From IMG/VR virus record IMGVR_UViG_3300028840_003360, positions 1 to 30,826 of that record: a stretch of 30,826 nucleotides of DNA; one strand, 5' to 3'. The notes beneath the pieces are model-generated. The model made no database searches. It was not told the DNA's origin and was given only the letters and a program-made list of their open reading frames with translations. Positions 25,073-30,826 of the stretch are shown piece by piece. Source of the DNA: a virus. Lineage: Duplodnaviria; Caudoviricetes. The position numbers were made by a program, and so were the translations under genes. How positions within the stretch are numbered: position 1 is the stretch's first letter; every line of letters begins with the position of its first letter.

Positions 25073-26292
25073 TACAAATACCGCTCCCGATATTCAACTA
25101 TCACTGTTGCGCTCGTGGTTCCCGTAACTCGAATCTCATTGTTGCCGGGAATGAGGCGGAGCCATGGCCCATCAAATTTGTCTATGCGATTTGGAGTCCC
25201 GGCCCCAACGAGCGTCACCGTTCCAAGGTCGCAATCAAAATGGACCTCTTCCCCATTCAGAAACGCCGCGTCCGCATATGTAAATTCTCTGCTATCGGTC
25301 ACATTCGCAATCTGTAAGTTTGGTATGTCCTCTCCCGCCGTGATCTTGATAATCGGATGAGCATCAACGCTCCCGTTATAGGTTATGTAATACGTCTCCG
25401 GATTTGTTGTTATCGCTTCCGTGTTTTGTGTCAGCGTTGCAGAAACCCAAAATGGATTTTCCATGAGAAACTTTATGCGCCATTCGGAGCCGCGCTGAAA
25501 GAATCCCTTGAGAAATTTCTCTTGAACGGAGCCGTCAAGCCGCTTTAGCGGGAGGTATCTGTCAAAATTGGTCCAAAGCTCAAGGTCCTCCCGGGTTATT
25601 GCCCGGTAAAGCGCGTCCTTTGCGGTCTCATATGCGTTGTTGGTGAGCGCTTTCAAAAACCCCCGGATTTCAATTATCCGCTCAGAATAGAAACCGTCTC
25701 CGCTATCCTTGACGCCGTGTCTTCCGGCCCTGTTTGATTCTCTCACCCTTGTCTTTGTCGGTATCGTCTCAAACCAAAATGCGCCCTGCGGTTGATCCGT
25801 CATTTGCGGAAATTCATAATCGCCGGCAATCGCGTGAGTCAGCGTCAATAGCTCCGGAAGCGCGGAAAATGTCTGATAGGGGAGGACGTTGTTGATGAGC
25901 AAAAGGTCTCCGGAATTATTTAGCTCCGCGGGCCGGGCTCCATCAATATTGAGCCATGCCTCCGATGCATCGCTTTCTATCTCCCAATTGTTCCCGGTCC
26001 ATGTAAGCGCTTGGTCCGGAGTTTCTTGTCCCGCAAGGCAACAATCGCCATTTGCATAGATTTCCAATAAGCGCGTTTTATCCGATAGCGCGATATACAA
26101 ACATTCCCGGCTTGAATCCCAACCCCGCGGCTCATCGGGAGCAGAGGGCAACACTTGACTTTCCACAAGGTCTCCCAACAACTTTAAATTCCCCGTTTTC
26201 GTCAGTTCGGCAACGGTCACATAATCAATGACAAAGTACATGCTTTCTCGAACAAACTTGATAAAGCGCCCGCTGCCATAGTTATAAGACAA
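25072..26292 (-). CDS. Distal tail protein (Dit) with an N-terminal repeat extension
   Basis: GRHG..R.I.I.G, F.MENPFW, NGSVDAHPIIKI and WLRLIPGNNEI...YRERYL. Follows the tape measure gene. Confidence 0.85.
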   Translation of the reverse strand: MSYNYGSGRFIKFVRESMYFVIDYVTVAELTKTGNLKLLGDLVESQVLPSAPDEPRGWDSSRECLYIALSDKTRLLEIYANGDCCLAGQETPDQALTWTGNNWEIESDASEAWLNIDGARPAELNNSGDLLLINNVLPYQTFSALPELLTLTHAIAGDYEFPQMTDQPQGAFWFETIPTKTRVRESNRAGRHGVKDSGDGFYSERIIEIRGFLKALTNNAYETAKDALYRAITREDLELWTNFDRYLPLKRLDGSVQEKFLKGFFQRGSEWRIKFLMENPFWVSATLTQNTEAITTNPETYYITYNGSVDAHPIIKITAGEDIPNLQIANVTDSREFTYADAAFLNGEEVHFDCDLGTVTLVGAGTPNRIDKFDGPWLRLIPGNNEIRVTGTTSATVIVEYRERYL

Positions 26293-26295
26293 AAC

Positions 26296-28770
26296 TTATT
26301 CACTCCTGAGAGCGGCCTCAAGTCGGTCCTGCAGGACCGGAGCCAAGCTGTCCGCAATCTCTTCCGGGTCCCGGGCCGCCGTCCATATTTCAATGTTCTC
26401 TATGGTCACATTTGCGCCGCCGCGCCCAAAACCAAAATCATCAGCGCGTGAGAGCGGGAGTATCATTTCCGGCTCTGCTCCCTCTCCAACATACATAATC
26501 CCCGGACCGGAAATGATTGCGCCCTCTTTTGCGCCGGGCACTCCGGCAATATTCCCCATCGTTGCCGCAAATGCAAAGGCCGCTCCTATGCCCGCCATGG
26601 CCGGAGCCGCGTTTGCGCCAAACGTTGCAAGGCTCACCCATACCGCGGCCTCTTCCCATGCCGCGGCCAATGCCCGCGCCATGCCGATTGAGAGCGCTTG
26701 TGTGACGGCCATTAGCGCTTTTCCGATAGTATGAGCAACAATCTTTTGCACCACAAAATCAACAATGGCCTGTACCATTGCCTGTCCCATTGCCTTTAGC
26801 GCGTCCCGTGCGCTCTTGGCTCCCATGATGAGAGCAGAGAGGTTTTTCGATATGCCCTGATAGGCCGCTTGTGCCAGTCTATTGAGCGCCTCACTGATAC
26901 CCATTTGAGACGTTGCCATGAGTTCCGCGTATGTGTCCATGAGCGCTTGGCGCTCGTAAAGGTCTTGCTCATAGAGCGCCCGCTGAGCCGTCAAATGCTC
27001 CATGAATGATTCAACGTCTCCGGTCCTGTAATACTCCTCAAGCTCCTGTCGTCCGGTTAAATAGTCATAATGCAATTGCCGCATCTGCTCCAATGCATCC
27101 TGTAAGATTTCCTTGCGCTCCTCCTCCTGCCTCCGGTAAAAGTCCGTCTTTTCCTCTTCTATGCGCTTATACATTTCCGCGTATGGGATAATGCTTTCAA
27201 TGCCCGCCTCTTCCGCGGCCTTGAGTAACGCAAGCCGCTCCGCATAGGATTTCTCAATCGACTCCTGCTCCGTCCGCAAGGCATCCTCAAGGTCCTTTAG
27301 TTTGTTCTCAAGCTTTTGGCGCTCTATTGCTGCCTCTGCATTTGCCTGTTCCCGCTTTGCGTCAATGGTCTGTTGCCCTTTATCTTTATGTATCTGTGCG
27401 ATCTGGCTTGTTGCATCTTTCGTGATATCTATTTTTGCAAGCTCGGAGGCCCTATATTCGGCATCCGCCTCCGCCTTGACCTTTTCCATATTTGCGTTGG
27501 CCGTCTGCCATGCGCCCGTTACGGCCGCAACATTGTCTTTAAATCCGGCAACATAACCGGCCCAAATATCTTTTGCGTCCCATGGATGAGTTAGAATCTT
27601 CCAGAGAGTCCCGATTAGGACAATGGCCTGTCCAACGATTCGGCCCAATAACTCTTGGAGGACAACTCCATACTCCCTGATATAGCCCACAAAGATTTTC
27701 CAACCTTGTTGCATGCCGCCGACATTCTTAATCCACATATACGCAAGCGTCCCGAATACGGCAATGACCGCCGTTACCGGGAGCGTCAAGGCTCCAAGCG
27801 CTCCAATGAGCGTCCCGATTCCGCCAACCGTTGCAGAGATTGCCGCAACTATCCCGCCAAGGCCGTTGAGGGCAAGGCCAAAGGCCACAAGGACGGGACC
27901 TATGGCCGCGGCCAATGCAATAAACGTTAAGATGTTGGTTTGCACTTCCGGAGATAGTTTCATAAACCACATGGCAAGCCGTTCCGTTTTTTCAATCAGG
28001 CCGTCCATACGCTCAAGGAGTTTATTGAATCCCTCCGACTGAGTAACCATGGCTCCCAATTTCTGTCCGATTTGAGTCATGCGCTCCCCAAATCTCCGCA
28101 ACTTGTTTAGAGGACTGTCAAGAGTCCGGTCAAGGTCCCCTTGCGCCTTGGCCGTTTGGTCCATGATTGCAAGATAGCGGGCTTGGACTTTTTGTTGTTG
28201 CGTGAGTTTTTCCCCAATCTCCGCAATGCCGTTGGCATATGCATAGACCTTGACGGTCTCTTCATCAACAACAATGCCCAATCTCTTGAGCGGCTCTATT
28301 TCCCCCGTTATTCCGGCCCGGAGCTTATCAAATGCCTCATGAGGTTTGAGATTGTAAAAAGAGGCCATGTCATATGCCAGCTTGACGAGCCCGGTTGACA
28401 TATCATATGCGGCCTCTGTTGTTGGGGTCATGCGTTGGAGCATCTCATAAAAGAGAGCCACATTCTCGCGGAGCTTGTAAGCATTCAGGCCAAGAGAGCT
28501 TGACAATTGCTCAGACCATGCCCGCGCCCGGTCCGCCATGGAGCCCATGGATTCTTTGAAGAGATTCTCACTTTCTACTGAATCCATGCCAAGCTTTATA
28601 ACGGCTCCGCCCAATGCCAGTATCGGAGCCGTCACGCGCAAGGACAAGCTTGTCCCAAGCCGCGTCACATTTGAGCCAAATCGTTCAAGACGCTTGGATA
28701 CCTTATCCATTGCGCCTGTAAACTCTGTGAGGTCCGCCCCGATCTTTACAAACAGGCTTTCAGTCGGCAT
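26296..28770 (-). CDS. Tape measure protein (824 aa)
   Basis: LFVKIGAD N-terminus, AYDMASFYN..LRAGITGEIEPLKRLGI, central TM stretch, helical Ala-rich sequence. Confidence 0.95.
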   Translation of the reverse strand: MPTESLFVKIGADLTEFTGAMDKVSKRLERFGSNVTRLGTSLSLRVTAPILALGGAVIKLGMDSVESENLFKESMGSMADRARAWSEQLSSSLGLNAYKLRENVALFYEMLQRMTPTTEAAYDMSTGLVKLAYDMASFYNLKPHEAFDKLRAGITGEIEPLKRLGIVVDEETVKVYAYANGIAEIGEKLTQQQKVQARYLAIMDQTAKAQGDLDRTLDSPLNKLRRFGERMTQIGQKLGAMVTQSEGFNKLLERMDGLIEKTERLAMWFMKLSPEVQTNILTFIALAAAIGPVLVAFGLALNGLGGIVAAISATVGGIGTLIGALGALTLPVTAVIAVFGTLAYMWIKNVGGMQQGWKIFVGYIREYGVVLQELLGRIVGQAIVLIGTLWKILTHPWDAKDIWAGYVAGFKDNVAAVTGAWQTANANMEKVKAEADAEYRASELAKIDITKDATSQIAQIHKDKGQQTIDAKREQANAEAAIERQKLENKLKDLEDALRTEQESIEKSYAERLALLKAAEEAGIESIIPYAEMYKRIEEEKTDFYRRQEEERKEILQDALEQMRQLHYDYLTGRQELEEYYRTGDVESFMEHLTAQRALYEQDLYERQALMDTYAELMATSQMGISEALNRLAQAAYQGISKNLSALIMGAKSARDALKAMGQAMVQAIVDFVVQKIVAHTIGKALMAVTQALSIGMARALAAAWEEAAVWVSLATFGANAAPAMAGIGAAFAFAATMGNIAGVPGAKEGAIISGPGIMYVGEGAEPEMILPLSRADDFGFGRGGANVTIENIEIWTAARDPEEIADSLAPVLQDRLEAALRSE

Positions 28771-29158
28771 CGTTCTTTTTTGACCTTAAGTCGTTCCCGC
28801 CAAACAGGACATTTAACATTTCCGCTAATTTGATTTGGGCCTCAACCGTTTGGACTTTCGGCTTATAGCCCGGAATAAACTCATGAGGCCGAATAATGCG
28901 CCCTCCTTTTTTCCGGAAGCAGTTGAGAATCGAAGACGCAACGATACCGGCCCGGAGAAATTCGTTTTGCTGCATTTCAAACCAACGCTCCGAAAGAGCG
29001 CAAAACTCTCTCGGAGTAAGACCCCAAAACTCACTGTCAGAAAGACCAAGGCATATAACTCCAAAGCTCCAACGCTTTAGCCAGCGGTCCCGGCCTTGGT
29101 AGGGTCCGGAGTGTTCGGACCTCCCGCTTTTGCTCCGGTCGGGAGCACGTCCGCCCAT
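28760..29158 (-). CDS. Tail assembly chaperone, T part (reached by -1 frameshift)
   Basis: LGLSDSEFWGLTPREF motif. Overlaps the G gene in the -1 frame and lies just before the tape measure gene. Confidence 0.85.
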   Translation of the reverse strand: MGGRAPDRSKSGRSEHSGPYQGRDRWLKRWSFGVICLGLSDSEFWGLTPREFCALSERWFEMQQNEFLRAGIVASSILNCFRKKGGRIIRPHEFIPGYKPKVQTVEAQIKLAEMLNVLFGGNDLRSKKNDAD

Positions 29159-29433
29159 GCCCGCATGAGTTTCTCTGATACCTCATCGAAATTGCCCGCG
29201 TGTATCATGCCTCCAACATCTTCAATGCTTGGCCGCTCGTTTTCCGGCCCATACTGCAAACAGGCCCAAAGAAAAGCGCGGAGGTCCGTTGCTGAAAAGC
29301 CGCCCCATGCCTCCGTCCTGAGAAAATTCTTTCCCGTTTCTTTTTCGGCAAGCGCTATAGCATTGAGGTCAAGCCTGAGCTTGCGCGGTTTGTCCAACGT
29401 GATTTCATAGTCAGCTTGTGATACGTCCCCCAT
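29077..29433 (-). CDS. Tail assembly chaperone G
   Basis: ITLDKPRKLRLDLNAI..AEKETG...LRAFLWACL. Follows the tail tube gene. Confidence 0.85.
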   Translation of the reverse strand: MGDVSQADYEITLDKPRKLRLDLNAIALAEKETGKNFLRTEAWGGFSATDLRAFLWACLQYGPENERPSIEDVGGMIHAGNFDEVSEKLMRAWADVLPTGAKAGGPNTPDPTKAGTAG

Positions 29434-29478
29434 GATTTCACTCTCCCTTTTTAGATGTCGCTTAATGCGCGTCGTGCA

Positions 29479-29898
29479 TTAAGCAAGCGTCGGCTCACCG
29501 GAAACTTTCAGCGTCACCGAAAATTTCAGCAAATCGGCAACGTCTGAGTTTGGTCCATAATTGGTAACAAGACATGGGAGCGTCCATGTTGTAGCCCCCG
29601 CGTCCGGAAACACAAGCTGAAAGTTTCGGAGGGTCCCGTTGGCATAATCGGTCCTCAAACCGACATGCTGTGCGTTATCCGGGACAAAGTTACCCTCAAG
29701 AGTGATCTCTCCCGCGTCCTTAATACCGGCAATTACTTCCCTCCAACCTCCGGAGCTATGCGCGGTTGGGTCAAGCGTATCAACGCTCATATCAGGCCCG
29801 CCGATGTTTACCATTTCAAGTATCGTGGTAAAACTCTCCGGAGTCGCGCCGTCCCCGCGTTTTAACTCCGTTCCTTTTGCGGCAATAGCGTCAGTCAT
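29479..29898 (-). CDS. Major tail tube protein
   Basis: GDGATPESFT, GWREVIAGIKDAGEITL and SVTLKVSGEP. Confidence 0.92.
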   Translation of the reverse strand: MTDAIAAKGTELKRGDGATPESFTTILEMVNIGGPDMSVDTLDPTAHSSGGWREVIAGIKDAGEITLEGNFVPDNAQHVGLRTDYANGTLRNFQLVFPDAGATTWTLPCLVTNYGPNSDVADLLKFSVTLKVSGEPTLA

Positions 29899-29949
29899 TG
29901 TCTGTTTTCCTCCTCCTTATCAATGCGCTCTTTCTTTGCAAGAGCCCTG

Positions 29950-30390
29950 TTATGGAGTACCCGGCAACGTTATCACGGAAAAATCAACGTCTGTTGAATC
30001 CGCTTCAAGATATATATAACCTCCTGTTTGCATCCATGCGGTTTGAGGGAACGGGCCAAAAGCATAGATGTTACCGGCCGTCACAAGCTGGGAAATGTTT
30101 CCCGTCCGCCCGTATGAATCTGCAACGGAGGTTATCGTTACCGTATGGTCTGAGCCGCCCGTATTGTGTGCAAGGACCAAATCGTTTCCCGTTGAAAGAA
30201 ACTGGTCCTTGTTGCTCGTGTCCGCCTCCGTTTGGGTCACACATACTCCCGTTGATGCATACTTGCCCGGAGCCGTTGACTTGGTGAGCGTCTGCCGATC
30301 AGCAAACGCCGTCACCGCAAAAAGGAAAATGAGCGCTCCCGCAATCGCGCCAAGAGTCCAACGCGGGAGACTGTGTGTTTCTTTCTTCAT
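29950..30390 (-). CDS. Putative virion accessory protein with an N-terminal signal peptide
   Basis: MKK..GAIAGALIFLFAVTAFA|DRQ, then a beta-rich body (AHNTGGSDHTVTITSVAD..FGPFP). Lies between the tail terminator and tail tube genes. Confidence 0.7.
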   Translation of the reverse strand: MKKETHSLPRWTLGAIAGALIFLFAVTAFADRQTLTKSTAPGKYASTGVCVTQTEADTSNKDQFLSTGNDLVLAHNTGGSDHTVTITSVADSYGRTGNISQLVTAGNIYAFGPFPQTAWMQTGGYIYLEADSTDVDFSVITLPGTP

Positions 30391-30393
30391 GAC

Positions 30394-30759
30394 TCACGCC
30401 TCCTTATTGAAAAACTGCCATTCCTGAAACCGTCCAAATACTCCGCTCCTCTGCTCGTATGGTAAGTCTCCCTCGTCAAGAAAATTCGCCTTGTGAGCAG
30501 CAAGCGCCGCTCGTATGTGAGGCATCACCTCCTTTACCGTCTGGAAATCAGTTGCAAACGCTGTTATCTGAAATCGGCCAACTGATAAACCGGAGTCTCC
30601 GCTATGCGCTTGAGGCCGCGGGTCCGACACCTTGAAAAGCACAAGGGCCGGGAGCGTTGTCCTTTGTGGCAACACTTGCGGATATATCCGGTTTCCAAAT
30701 GTTGTTCTTATGTCCGGATTATTTTTCAACGTGTTATAGATAAGCTCTTCTGCTGTCAT
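30394..30759 (-). CDS. Tail completion/terminator protein (DUF3168, SPP1 gp17-like)
   Basis: GNRIYPQVLPQ..LPAL, RFQITAFA and IRAAL. Confidence 0.85.
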   Translation of the reverse strand: MTAEELIYNTLKNNPDIRTTFGNRIYPQVLPQRTTLPALVLFKVSDPRPQAHSGDSGLSVGRFQITAFATDFQTVKEVMPHIRAALAAHKANFLDEGDLPYEQRSGVFGRFQEWQFFNKEA

Positions 30760-30770
30760 GGACTTTCCCG

Positions 30771-30825
30771 AAAAGCAAAAAGACGGCCTGAGCAGGAGGA
30801 CGGGCTCCCCGTCAAGCCGTCTTTT
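30771..30825 (-). other. Hairpin with a U-tract and a CCUCCU bulge inside the late operon
   Basis: Outer stem AAAAGACGGC/GCCGTCTTTT, inner stem GACGGG/CCCGTC, followed by TGCTTTT on the minus strand. Confidence 0.5.
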
Positions 30826-30826
30826 C

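Larger units (their letters stand above)
1..30826. mobile_element. Temperate siphovirus-type phage genome segment (non-integrated form)
   Basis: Contiguous tail, lysis, integration, immunity and replication modules. No host housekeeping genes. attP appears intact. Confidence 0.95.

Noticed and set aside
22-30427. Numerous plus-strand ORFs of 60-175 aa opposite the main genes
   Set aside because: These are antisense shadows without an RBS or recognisable motifs. Only cI, int and the SGNH moron are supported on the plus strand.

Overview
The whole window is a segment of a temperate, long non-contractile-tailed (siphovirus-type) phage, with most genes on the minus strand. Reading right to left: tail module (tail terminator, tail tube, G/GT chaperones, 824-aa tape measure, Dit, hub, glycine-rich fibre, beta-helix spike), lysis cassette (M15 peptidase endolysin plus membrane proteins), a separately promoted four-gene accessory operon ending in a ribbon-helix-helix gene, integrase, attP, a double-HTH repressor, a 186-like cI/cro/cII switch, then a long early and replication operon (xis, frameshifted Topo VI-A-like gene, putative histone-fold protein, truncated radical SAM, single-strand annealing protein, replication initiator, minimal Pol X, RusA, HNH, MazG-like). 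The attP site (tRNA-Ala 3'-end core with arm repeats on both sides) looks intact, so this appears to be the excised or free form. The most unusual signals are: Sec-type signal peptides on several tail-module proteins, a putative phage histone with a basic tail, an acr/aca-like operon architecture, recurrent intergenic hairpins exposing anti-Shine-Dalgarno loops, and a Cys-for-Ser SGNH moron. All protein calls come from motif recognition by eye. No database searches were run.
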